Positions 9,701 through 18,646 of a DNA stretch of 64,000 bases are shown here, piece after piece. The position numbers and the translations under genes are program-made. Under the pieces are notes generated by a model. The model saw only the letters and a list, made by a program, of their open reading frames with translations, did no database searches and was not told the DNA's origin. Origin of the DNA: Thermoproteota archaeon (lineage in GTDB: Archaea > Thermoproteota > EX4484-205 > JAAOZP01); NCBI GenBank assembly GCA_038848185.1, contig JAWCNV010000005.1:18983-82982 (forward strand). Reading direction: 5' to 3'. Numbering within the stretch: the stretch's first letter is position 1; each line of letters starts with the position of its first letter.

Positions 9701-10789
9701 TTATGAAGAAAGTGTTGAGCTAAAGAGAGAACCGCTCTCCTTGAAATCAAGCATTTCTATTTTAATTCCGTGTTCTGCCTTTTTAAGCTCCAGCCAATAA
9801 TTGTAACCGCCATTAAGCTCCAGTTCTCTTATGATTTTCAACCGGGTTTCTAAAACACTGTTTATAAGGTTGAAGCCGAATAAATTCATCTTCACACCAC
9901 TAACAACTACATAGTTGCCAGAGAATTTCACAGTAGCTGATTTCGGCAGGTAGAGGCTTATTCTTATGGATTTAAACCGCTCTTCCTGAAGTAAACGAAT
10001 ACTTGAAGAAATACTCCACAAATCAACATAGTGTTTTTTAACTAAGTATAACCGGTCTTCCTCAATTTTCTCCAGAGTAAACTCAATCATTTTCCTAGCA
10101 TCCACCACTATGCTTCTCGCTCTACCAACATAGCCTATTCGCACTATTCCATGCTCCACAAATTCTCTTTCTTTTTCATCGAATGCTCTCGGAGTCCCGT
10201 AAGCATGAAGAAAATATTTCCTCTCTATTTCTTCCCCATCCATATCAATCTTACAGACCGATGGCTCTGGCTGAATATGGTAGTAAAGTTTAGCAAGCTC
10301 CTCTACAGAGTGGAAAGTTGTATTGGTTTTCAAGGTTGCTCCAATGAAAAGTATTTTTCCATTAAACTCTGGTACTTTTAGGTAGGGGGTTCCGTTGCCA
10401 CAAGGCGTTTCAGCGTTTTCATGCCCCTCAGTTATTTTTCTAGCATCTTTACCTATTGCAGCTACAGAATGAGTTGGATGCCTACTTCTACACGCATCAC
10501 TCCTCTTTCTGAAAGTTTCAGGAACTATGCCTGTCCAACATGGCTTATTCTTTGAAAAACTTGGCGGGTATTCGGGAGAATCAAATATTTTGCCAGTTAT
10601 AGTAGGAACAACCACTGTACCTTCTTCTCCAACGCTTTCGAGAAGAGCATCTATCATTGTTTCTGCGCCACCAGGCACGTAGCCAATGCTGCTTAAGGAA
10701 CTGTGAACGAGAAGAGTATCTCCCTTTTCAACCCCCAGTTTCACCAGTCCCTGGATCAACTCCTCCTTAGCAAACTTGAATCGTCGCAC
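9701..10789 (-). CDS. AAC(3)/YokD-family N-acetyltransferase with C-terminal extension
   Basis: LLVHSSLSSIG, GTVVVPT, RSRHPTHSVAAIG and NTTFHSVEE motifs; roughly 100 extra C-terminal residues. Confidence 0.85.
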   Translation of the reverse strand: MRRFKFAKEELIQGLVKLGVEKGDTLLVHSSLSSIGYVPGGAETMIDALLESVGEEGTVVVPTITGKIFDSPEYPPSFSKNKPCWTGIVPETFRKRSDACRSRHPTHSVAAIGKDARKITEGHENAETPCGNGTPYLKVPEFNGKILFIGATLKTNTTFHSVEELAKLYYHIQPEPSVCKIDMDGEEIERKYFLHAYGTPRAFDEKEREFVEHGIVRIGYVGRARSIVVDARKMIEFTLEKIEEDRLYLVKKHYVDLWSISSSIRLLQEERFKSIRISLYLPKSATVKFSGNYVVVSGVKMNLFGFNLINSVLETRLKIIRELELNGGYNYWLELKKAEHGIKIEMLDFKESGSLFSSTLSS

Positions 10790-10858
10790 AGCTGTTATGA
10801 ATATACAGGTCTAAAATATTACTTTTATGCTGACGAAATGCTTTCAGGTCTCAACCGT

Positions 10859-11632
10859 TTAAAAAGAGGTTTTAATCTTCTCCTCTCTTAAAACCAGTGT
10901 TTTGAACTCCTCCGTGCTCCAAGAACGTGTTACCCACTCGCTGCCCCTAGACCTTTTAACAAGGCTCTCCGCCTTTTCGAAATCCGTTTCATATATATGG
11001 TAGGAGTTAGAGAAGTCCACGTATTCCCCAGGAACAACAACTTTTCCAATCCTCTTGGATAATTCCTCCGCAATCCTCCTCTGTAAAGCTGTTAAAGCAT
11101 AAATATTCATGAATGCTGCCTTCATCGCGTCCCTCGACCTCCAGCATGTTTCCATGATGAGTCTATCCTCGTAAATTCTGAACCATGCCCTCTGCAAGCA
11201 TGGCGGATCATCGATTTTCGAGTCAACCCAAGGCTTCCAAGTTATTGCCTGCGCCCTCCTAGAATATGGTGCCTTCACCAGTTTTTCTAGCACATAGCCT
11301 ATCTGATCCACAGTTTCATTGCAACAGCTGTAGGAGCGAAGCCGTTCATGATATGTGTAGGGCCATGTCCCGTTCTTAACGTAATCATCGTGTATCCCGT
11401 CGCAAACCTCGCGTACATATTCTTCAAGCTGAGAAAGTTTGCCGACCATTAGGCCAGCCTTATGGATCCTTGGTTCAGACATCGGTTCCCTTATTATCAT
11501 CAGCATAGTGCAATCCCTACTACTGTTTCCATACTCGGTTTCCACGTATACTCCTCTATTCCAAAGCTCAAAAATGGATTTCTCCCAAACCTCCGGAATG
11601 CATTTACCATCCACAACAATCACAGGATGCAT
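10859..11632 (-). CDS. thyA: Thymidylate synthase, archaeal ThyA type
   Basis: YTYHERL, SRRAQAITW, DPPCLQ (catalytic Cys), WRSRD...AFMN and SYHIY. Confidence 0.85.
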   Translation of the reverse strand: MHPVIVVDGKCIPEVWEKSIFELWNRGVYVETEYGNSSRDCTMLMIIREPMSEPRIHKAGLMVGKLSQLEEYVREVCDGIHDDYVKNGTWPYTYHERLRSYSCCNETVDQIGYVLEKLVKAPYSRRAQAITWKPWVDSKIDDPPCLQRAWFRIYEDRLIMETCWRSRDAMKAAFMNIYALTALQRRIAEELSKRIGKVVVPGEYVDFSNSYHIYETDFEKAESLVKRSRGSEWVTRSWSTEEFKTLVLREEKIKTSF

Positions 11633-11675
11633 AGTTTTGATTTTAAACGGAAGAAAATAAACATTGCATTTACAC

Positions 11676-11691
11676 TTGGCGTCTTAACCCC
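11676..11691. repeat. Intergenic motif copy 2, TTGGCGTCTTAACCCC
   Basis: See copy 1 at 8309-8325. Confidence 0.5.
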
Positions 11692-11703
11692 TGTTTTTCA
11701 ACC

Positions 11704-13011
11704 TTACTGACTCCCTGTAGAAGTCAGTTTCTCGGATCTTTCAGTTAGTTTCGCACGTTTCCACCCGATGTCCTTCGGCAGTGTCAACGAGGCGGCAGTA
11801 AGCACTATAGCACATATGGACCAAGTTATGGTTATTATCGTCACTATTCCTCACTCTAATCCAACGATATCCGCTAAATAGCCAGTAATCAGAGGCGCAA
11901 AAGCTGACCCTACGTTTTCAACGAATACTTGTACCGATTGAGTTGTGCTCCTGACCTCAGGCAAGGCAATGTCTTGGATGGACGCGCTTACAGCGGGACC
12001 AGCCATAGGTATGAAGAAACCGGTAAGTGCCCCGAATACGATGAAGAGCTCCACTCCGCCTCTCGTCAGAATCGTCAGGTCGAAGAAGACTAGCCCCACA
12101 GCCACGGAAACCCCTGCAAAAAAGGCTCTCCCCCTTAAAGTCTTCTTAAACGCCCAGTCGCTCATCAAGCCTGAAAACACGTTACCGGCAACCATCGTTA
12201 AGAGCGCAACCAGCATGATGAGCAGCTGAGAATCAGGATCGAAACCTCTCACATCAGTCATGTAGGCGAAAAACCAATAGGTGATTATCTGCCAGGGGAA
12301 GACTCCGAAGAAGCCTTGAACAAACAGAAACAGCATTGTCTTTCTCTTAAGCACTTCGATCAATGATTCCTTGCTAAACGTATCTTTCAGCCTGTCTTTC
12401 ACAGCTATCAGTTCAGGTTCAGTGGAGCCTCTCGGCTTATCTTTTAACGTGGTCACGATTAGAACCGCTAGCAGTAAACCGGGTATCCCCGTCACTAGGA
12501 AGGCGCTACGCCATCCGAAGGCGCTGCCCATAATGGTTCCTACAAGGGTACCAATCAGAGCCCCTAAAGCACCTGAAGTATTTAGGACGCCAAGCGCCGT
12601 AGACCTTTTTTCAGGCGGAAAATTGTCGCCGATGAAAGAGTATATTCCACTGTATGATTCGTTATCAATCCCCGTGAGAGCTCTCGTAAAAGCCAGCTCA
12701 ATATAGTTAGTTGAAAATACGGAAAGAACTGTTGTTCCGCCCCAGATAGCGCTGGCAAGAGCTGCTAGAGGAGGCCTGGCATACCTGTCAAAAAGATAGC
12801 CCCATAAAGGCATGAAAATCACAGCCACTATTGCGGCACCCGTCTGTATAACACCCAGCTGAGTGTATGTGAGTACGAACTCGTCTCTTATCGCGGTTAG
12901 GAGCGGTGAAACTAGAAATTTATCGGAATTATGGAGTACCATGAAGAGAAAGAACACGAGGACAGCATACCACGCTTCACGCGGTATCCTGTATGCTTGA
13001 ACCCTAGTCAT
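11704..13011 (-). pseudogene. MFS transporter interrupted by an in-frame TGA at 11851-11853
   Basis: Reading through the TGA gives LADIVGLE*GIVTIITITWSICAIVLTAASLTLPKDIGWKRAKLTERSEKLTSTGSQ then TAA (11704-11706). This restores the last TM helix, for about 435 codons. Confidence 0.8.
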
Positions 13012-13013
13012 TT

Positions 13014-13883
13014 CTATACGCGTCCTCCTTTAAGATCCTTCCAGCCAACTAATGTAAAGCCCAGTTCTTTAATAATTTTAAGGGTTTCTTTAGAGGTAAC
13101 CAGCCGGTAATCAAGGTACCTTTCCATGTAGCTTGGCATTATTGCTTTAATCTCTTCCTCAGGAAGACCCAGGTGGACTATCAGCTGTGTTACTGTACCC
13201 TGCTCTATACTCGTCAACATGCTTCTAAACCATTTTATTCTTTCCTGCAAATCCGATCCAAGTGAGGAGTCGATCAAATTATCTAAAACAATGCCAGACT
13301 CCAATACCTTTCTCACAGTATCTTGAGATATATCCATGCCTATTTCCTTAGCTCGTTCAAGAACTTCCTTAACAGGTTTAATTAACATTGGAATAAGCCC
13401 ATTATCCAAAGCAATTCTCATATAAGTTTCTAAAAAATCTGGTCTAAAGAAGACAGTACCCATATGACTATCCAGGTGAGAAGGATGAAGACCTAGCTCA
13501 AACGCCCTCTTAACTTGGGCTCTAAGCTCGGTTTCAGTATCTTTTTGCGAGGCTTTAGCCGCATCTTTCGCATCTCGATACAAGTAATCCTCTTCGTCAA
13601 TAAGTGTTGGCACCTCGTTTTTAGAGCTTACAGGCCCCCATCTGTAATGTTTCCACTCGCTTGTTAGAGTTGAATGTATCCCGTGATCATAATCAGGATT
13701 GCTTCTGAAGAATTCAACGGCTTCAAGAACCCATGGGCAAGGCATCATAAGGCTACAACTAGAAACCAGCCCGTTTTGAAAGCCTAGAAAAGTAGCCATG
13801 TTCTCAGAATGACACATTCCTACATCATCCGCGTGAATTATCAGCAGCTTATCTCTCTGGTCGAAGCTGCCGGGTAGCACCAT
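13014..13883 (-). CDS. ChbG/YdjC-family carbohydrate deacetylase
   Basis: LIIHADDVG, GIHSTLTSEW and SHLDSHMG; 2-bp gap to the MFS gene suggests co-transcription. Confidence 0.88.
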   Translation of the reverse strand: MVLPGSFDQRDKLLIIHADDVGMCHSENMATFLGFQNGLVSSCSLMMPCPWVLEAVEFFRSNPDYDHGIHSTLTSEWKHYRWGPVSSKNEVPTLIDEEDYLYRDAKDAAKASQKDTETELRAQVKRAFELGLHPSHLDSHMGTVFFRPDFLETYMRIALDNGLIPMLIKPVKEVLERAKEIGMDISQDTVRKVLESGIVLDNLIDSSLGSDLQERIKWFRSMLTSIEQGTVTQLIVHLGLPEEEIKAIMPSYMERYLDYRLVTSKETLKIIKELGFTLVGWKDLKGGRV

Positions 13884-13956
13884 ATTATTGAAAAACTATA
13901 ATAAAACTTAAACTTTTCTAATGGGAAAATCGTCCTTACGAAGCTTTTTTAAATGT

Positions 13957-14925
13957 TTAAATTATCTTAGCGAGCAATTCTCTCCACTGCTCAAGCTTCC
14001 AATTTAACTGCGCCTCATAACTGCGATGAGGGTGAAACCTCATTATGCAATCTTCAACCTTTTCCCCAATCACGTCTATCTCATCCAAAGTTTTTGGTCC
14101 TAACCCAATTTGAGTCCCATACCAAAGGTACCCAATATTTTTGTAATCAAACCCCATTAATGTGCTTGTAACTAGGTCACAGGCTAACGCGTTTGCACTA
14201 GCTACAGTAAAGCAGGAAGAGACTGCACCCCCATGAACTGGACCATTACCCTCCATGCCGACGACACCGTCTATAACGCTTAAGTGGGGGAATGTAAGCT
14301 TTGCAAGTTTAACTAGATTTAGATTAAAAATGCGATAACCCTGATGAATCAAGTCTTTATCCCAGCCGATTATCGAACCCACTGCCATGTTTTTTAAAGC
14401 TAACGTAACTATTCCGTAATCATGCGTTTTTGGTCTTGTAATCGATATCCTGTATGAATCTAGAATTGTTTTCGAAACTTTAACTTCAACCATGTTAAAA
14501 CGGGAGTCGAGAATTTTTGTTTTAACCCACTCGTCCTCATTTAAATCTAGTAGTTTAACCGGATAGCTTTTCTCAAGCTCAAGATAGCCAAAGTTACGAT
14601 AACCGTTCCAAGTGTGTCCTGAAGATGCTTCACCGATTAGAAAGCTTTTTGCTCCAAGTTCAAGGAAGAAATCCATTACAGCTTTGATTGCATCTACATG
14701 GGTTGCAGCAAGCGAGGTGCTTGTTGAAACAAAATTTGGCTTTAATAGGATTGGTTTTTCAGGTAGTTTAATGTCTTCCTTTATCAAACCTAGTGCCTTG
14801 TGAATGTTTGCCTTTCTATCCTGCCCTTTAACTAAGCTGACCTTTACTGTAGACCTAGTTTTTGCCTTAGAATCATTTTCACCTGTGTTTTTGAAAGAAA
14901 CCTTCATGGGCTTATCCAAATACAT
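13957..14925 (-). CDS. DUF362-family protein (soluble)
   Basis: LLKPNFV, PKTHD, TLALKNM, DGVVGMEGNGP and NALACD motifs. Confidence 0.85.
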   Translation of the reverse strand: MYLDKPMKVSFKNTGENDSKAKTRSTVKVSLVKGQDRKANIHKALGLIKEDIKLPEKPILLKPNFVSTSTSLAATHVDAIKAVMDFFLELGAKSFLIGEASSGHTWNGYRNFGYLELEKSYPVKLLDLNEDEWVKTKILDSRFNMVEVKVSKTILDSYRISITRPKTHDYGIVTLALKNMAVGSIIGWDKDLIHQGYRIFNLNLVKLAKLTFPHLSVIDGVVGMEGNGPVHGGAVSSCFTVASANALACDLVTSTLMGFDYKNIGYLWYGTQIGLGPKTLDEIDVIGEKVEDCIMRFHPHRSYEAQLNWKLEQWRELLAKII

Positions 14926-15224
14926 CAGAAATATTGATGTGTGAAAGTAGCATTATAAAGATTACTTCCTGTAAAAAGACGCTGCTTTATTTCAACAACT
15001 AGAAACTTAAGTCACCAGTTCATATTTCTCGAGCTAAATAACATTTATAATCGTCATGCTCACGCTTTCTTAGTAGGGGTAAACAAGAGAATTTGGAATA
15101 AAGTGTTTAAACTTGTTACCGCCTTTTTAACAGATTTAAATCGGAATTGAAAAGAGTATAGGCCACGAACAGCCAGCATCAAAAAACATAAAAGGGGAAG
15201 AAAAGATATAAACACACGGTAAAG

Positions 15225-16691
15225 ATGAAGCAAGTGAGCAGTCTGAAAGATATTGCTTGCTCATTCAAACAATTTATTAAGAAACTTGCACATAACACCT
15301 ACGTTATTGGGATTATAAGCCTTCTATGGTTCTTGTACAGAACAGGTACAAAGCCGTCCAGAGCTACATATCCGTGTCAAAAGGCAGCATTAGTGACCAG
15401 CTACAATTTCCTGATTTTTCCAGTAATCTGCTTCTTAGCTGGAGTAGCAAATAAATTAGGGTTAAAACTGACCCGTCCAGCCAACTTTTTAAAAAGCAAA
15501 TCAACGGAAAGAGCCACGCTTGCCATCCTTATAGTCTTGGCGTCTTCATCAGTATTGCTCTATAGTGTACTGCTTTACGCCAACTTCGCCAGCGATGTTT
15601 CTAGCCTTGTAAGGCAACGAACCAGCCTTAATGAGAAACTAGCCACAGTATCGGTGGTACGCGTTGAAGAAAAAAGCCTTGAAGCAGCATTGGAGGAAGC
15701 AATAAACTATCTAGGAGGCATAGAGAGTATAGTGCCTGAAGGCGCAAAAGTTTTGATAAAGCCGAACCTAGTTCGGAACCAAGCTCCTCCTGACACTACA
15801 CGTCCGGATATAGTTGAAGCACTTATTAACATAATTAAAAAGAGAAACCCGAGTATAATTTGGATAGCTGAAGGAAGCGGAGAGCAAAATACGATGGATA
15901 ATTTCCGAGCCCTAGGCTATTTTGAAGTGGCGGAGAGAACTGGAGCAATACTTGTTGACCTGAACTACGGTGAACTAGTAGAGGTCCCGGTTGAAGATGG
16001 AGGCTTTGTGTTCAACAGTTTTACTTTCAACAAAGTGCTTACTGAAGCAGATGTTTTCATATCAGTCCCCGCTATGAAGACACATTATACGGCGGTTGTA
16101 ACCTTAGGGATGAAGAACCTAGTAGGCATAGCTCCTGGTGCCGTCTACAGTAGATCTGGTTGGGCTAACAAATGGCGTCTTCATGAAGAGGCGGCAGATA
16201 GGAACGACGTATATTTGGGAGGAGTTATAACAGATCTCTGTACTGCTAGAAGGATAAACCTGACAATCATCGACGGCAGGGTCGCTATGGAAGGGGAGGG
16301 GCCCCACGATGGAACACCGGTTAATCTTGGACTCATAATTGCAGGCAGAGATCCTGTAGCAACCGACTCCGTGGCGTCTTTCATAATGGGTTTCGACCCG
16401 GAGAAGATACCTACACTAGTACGTGGAAACCAGAGGCGTCTTGGAACTAACAATCTTCATAACATCGAAGTAAAAGGGGAGAGCATAGAGCAAGCATTTC
16501 ATCCTTTTCAGTGCGCTACTGGCCACGAGAGTTTCCAGTTATCCTTCATCAACTTATTCCCGCCCCAGTTGAAAACAACTTTAACAATCGCCACTATAGT
16601 TCTTTTTTCGTCAACAGTATCTCTCGCCCTTATTCGCAGAAAAGTCTTTGCTCCACGCCAAGTTAAGACTGAGGGGATCAAGCCATCTTAA
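15225..16691 (+). CDS. DUF362-family protein with N-terminal TM segments (KPSRATYPCQ motif) and C-terminal TM anchor
   Basis: IKPNLV, AEGSG, PAMKTH, TLGMKNLVG, DGRVAMEGEGP and DPVATD; hydrophobic segments at both ends. Confidence 0.85.
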   Translation: MKQVSSLKDIACSFKQFIKKLAHNTYVIGIISLLWFLYRTGTKPSRATYPCQKAALVTSYNFLIFPVICFLAGVANKLGLKLTRPANFLKSKSTERATLAILIVLASSSVLLYSVLLYANFASDVSSLVRQRTSLNEKLATVSVVRVEEKSLEAALEEAINYLGGIESIVPEGAKVLIKPNLVRNQAPPDTTRPDIVEALINIIKKRNPSIIWIAEGSGEQNTMDNFRALGYFEVAERTGAILVDLNYGELVEVPVEDGGFVFNSFTFNKVLTEADVFISVPAMKTHYTAVVTLGMKNLVGIAPGAVYSRSGWANKWRLHEEAADRNDVYLGGVITDLCTARRINLTIIDGRVAMEGEGPHDGTPVNLGLIIAGRDPVATDSVASFIMGFDPEKIPTLVRGNQRRLGTNNLHNIEVKGESIEQAFHPFQCATGHESFQLSFINLFPPQLKTTLTIATIVLFSSTVSLALIRRKVFAPRQVKTEGIKPS

Positions 16692-16756
16692 TAAATTCTA
16701 ATGACAATATCTCTTTCCAAATGCTTCCTATTAAGGATATGATTGTCAACACAGGT

Positions 16757-17260
16757 TTATCTCCGGGCTTCTCGAATCATGTGGCCGATTTCAGGTAGTA
16801 TTAGTTCTTTTATAGCAAGCTCAACAGCATCGATTGACCCGGGTAGGCACACTACCACTTTCCATTTCGCTACACCTGCAAAGGCTCTTGAAAGCATCGC
16901 ACTCTTCCCGATCTTTCGATAACTTAAAAGACGGAAAAGCTCCCCAAAACCGTTAATCTTTTTCTCGACAAGTTTTGAAACCACGTCGACAGTTAAATCT
17001 TTTTTACTCAATCCTGTTCCTCCAATCGTCACTATAACGTCAACATTACCATCTCTCAAAAGCCCTTCAACACTCTCTCTTATTTTATCCGGATCATTAG
17101 ATATGAGAAGCCTCTTGTATATTTCGTGCTGGTTTGATGAGAGCAGTTCTTCAACAACCCTGCCAGATTCATCTGTTTCAATCGTCCGGGAATCAGTTAC
17201 AGTAACTATTGCAAACCTCAATTTTTTCGGCGAATCTTCTTTATGTTTTAAATAGGTCAT
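16757..17260 (-). CDS. moaB: Molybdopterin adenylyltransferase MoaB/MogA family
   Basis: IVTVTDSR, GGTGLSKKDLT, LSRAFAG and LPGS. Confidence 0.92.
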   Translation of the reverse strand: MTYLKHKEDSPKKLRFAIVTVTDSRTIETDESGRVVEELLSSNQHEIYKRLLISNDPDKIRESVEGLLRDGNVDVIVTIGGTGLSKKDLTVDVVSKLVEKKINGFGELFRLLSYRKIGKSAMLSRAFAGVAKWKVVVCLPGSIDAVELAIKELILPEIGHMIREARR

Positions 17261-17718
17261 TCTTTTTTCACTTTCTCCACAACCCTTATGTTACCTATTG
17301 AAGTGTCCGGGTACTGTCCTTTATCATCTTTTTCAATCTCTTTCACCATATCCCAGATTGTTAAGAGAGCCATAGCAACTCCAGTTAAAGCCTCCATTTC
17401 AACACCGGTCTTAGACTCTGAAGAAACCTCGCAGACAGCAGTAATCCGGTTTTCCTCAATTTTAAAATCAACCCCTATATGAGTAAGAGGTATAGGGTGG
17501 CAACCTGGGATCAGCTCGGGAGTCTTCTTTACGGCAATGATTGCAGAAGTTTTAGCAACTGTTAAGACATCCCCCTTAGCCACATTGTTATCCTTTATGG
17601 CTTTGATAGTTTCATCTCTAAGGATTATATCACCTTTTGCAACAGCTCTTCTAAATGATATTTTCTTTCCCGTGATATCAATTATTTTTAGCCCTTCTTC
17701 CTTACTCAGCTCAACCAA
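17257..17718 (-). CDS. moaC: Cyclic pyranopterin monophosphate synthase
   Basis: IDITGK, LIPGCHP and TGVEMEAL. Start refined to TTG 17718 because the track's 17790 start overlaps moaE. Confidence 0.92.
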   Translation of the reverse strand: MVELSKEEGLKIIDITGKKISFRRAVAKGDIILRDETIKAIKDNNVAKGDVLTVAKTSAIIAVKKTPELIPGCHPIPLTHIGVDFKIEENRITAVCEVSSESKTGVEMEALTGVAMALLTIWDMVKEIEKDDKGQYPDTSIGNIRVVEKVKKE

Positions 17719-18130
17719 CCTCCTTGACCCATCTTTCCCCCCTAGGAGTAAACTCTTTTTTCCATATAGGAGCCTGAGTCTTAACCTCATCTATCATCCA
17801 GCTGCATGCTTTAAAGGCATCTGAACGATTCCTCGCTGAGGCAGCTACGATGACGATGTTGTCCGATGGCTTAAGCCTCCCCACCCTATGAATTATGACT
17901 GCATCAACTATGCCGAATTTCTTCAAAGCTGTTTCTCTTATGTTTCTAAGCTTTTCCTCAGCAACCTCGTTATATGCCTCAATAAGCATCTCGCTCACCG
18001 TCTCGCCTTCCCTAAAGCCTTTAACAACACCTAGAAAGAAAACGATTCCGCCTACTTCCCTTCCTTTAAGCCGCGAAACAATCTCATCTATTAGGAAGTC
18101 TTCCTCACTAATTTTAATCATTCTAACCAC
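17711..18130 (-). CDS. moaE: Molybdopterin synthase catalytic subunit
   Basis: GGIVFFLGVV, HRVGRL and APIWKKE. Confidence 0.93.
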   Translation of the reverse strand: MVRMIKISEEDFLIDEIVSRLKGREVGGIVFFLGVVKGFREGETVSEMLIEAYNEVAEEKLRNIRETALKKFGIVDAVIIHRVGRLKPSDNIVIVAASARNRSDAFKACSWMIDEVKTQAPIWKKEFTPRGERWVKEVG

Positions 18131-18359
18131 CTCCGGCGGGAGGAAATAAAGCCATTACGTCTCCATTCTTCAAGCTAGTATCCCAATCGACTATTCTTCC
18201 GTCTACTGCGACAATAAAGTTTTCTTCCCTAAGACTTGCATGTTTCTCCATTAGTTTTTTTACGGCTTTTTCGACGGTTGATCCTTCTTCAAATTCAAGC
18301 ACTTCTTTCTCTCCAATTGCTTCTCTCATCCAAGCATAGTATTTTACTTCAACCTTCAT
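18123..18359 (-). CDS. moaD: MoaD/SAMP ubiquitin-like sulfur carrier
   Basis: Beta-grasp-sized protein ending FPPAGGG. Start refined to MKVEVKYYA after GGAGG. Confidence 0.9.
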   Translation of the reverse strand: MKVEVKYYAWMREAIGEKEVLEFEEGSTVEKAVKKLMEKHASLREENFIVAVDGRIVDWDTSLKNGDVMALFPPAGGG

Positions 18360-18646
18360 TCCAACTCCTCCGAACAATATCAATATGACAATTATAAAAG
18401 GTTTCTAGGAGAAAGGACCTCTTATCATCTTCATTTTCTCTGAAGAACTATCCCCATCGGGCCTTATGTTTTTCTATGCCTACTTCTTAAAATTACTGCA
18501 AATATAAAACCTTATGCCTTTAATTTTAAATCTCTCGTAGCAGCCAAGTCTTTTATCGAACCATTTTAAACATCTAGCCGGACTAGAGATTAAGAAAAAC
18601 ATATATACCATAGCCTATCGAGGAAGAAAAATAGAATAAAGTAAGA

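Noticed and set aside
10859-11632. ThyA homolog as a phage-like DNA hypermodification enzyme
   Set aside because: Motifs fit ordinary archaeal ThyA, including the dUMP-specifying Asn, and there is no viral context.
11851-11853. Selenocysteine recoding of the MFS TGA
   Set aside because: The position is a TM boundary rather than a redox Cys site, no Sec machinery is seen, and other genes here use TGA as a normal stop.
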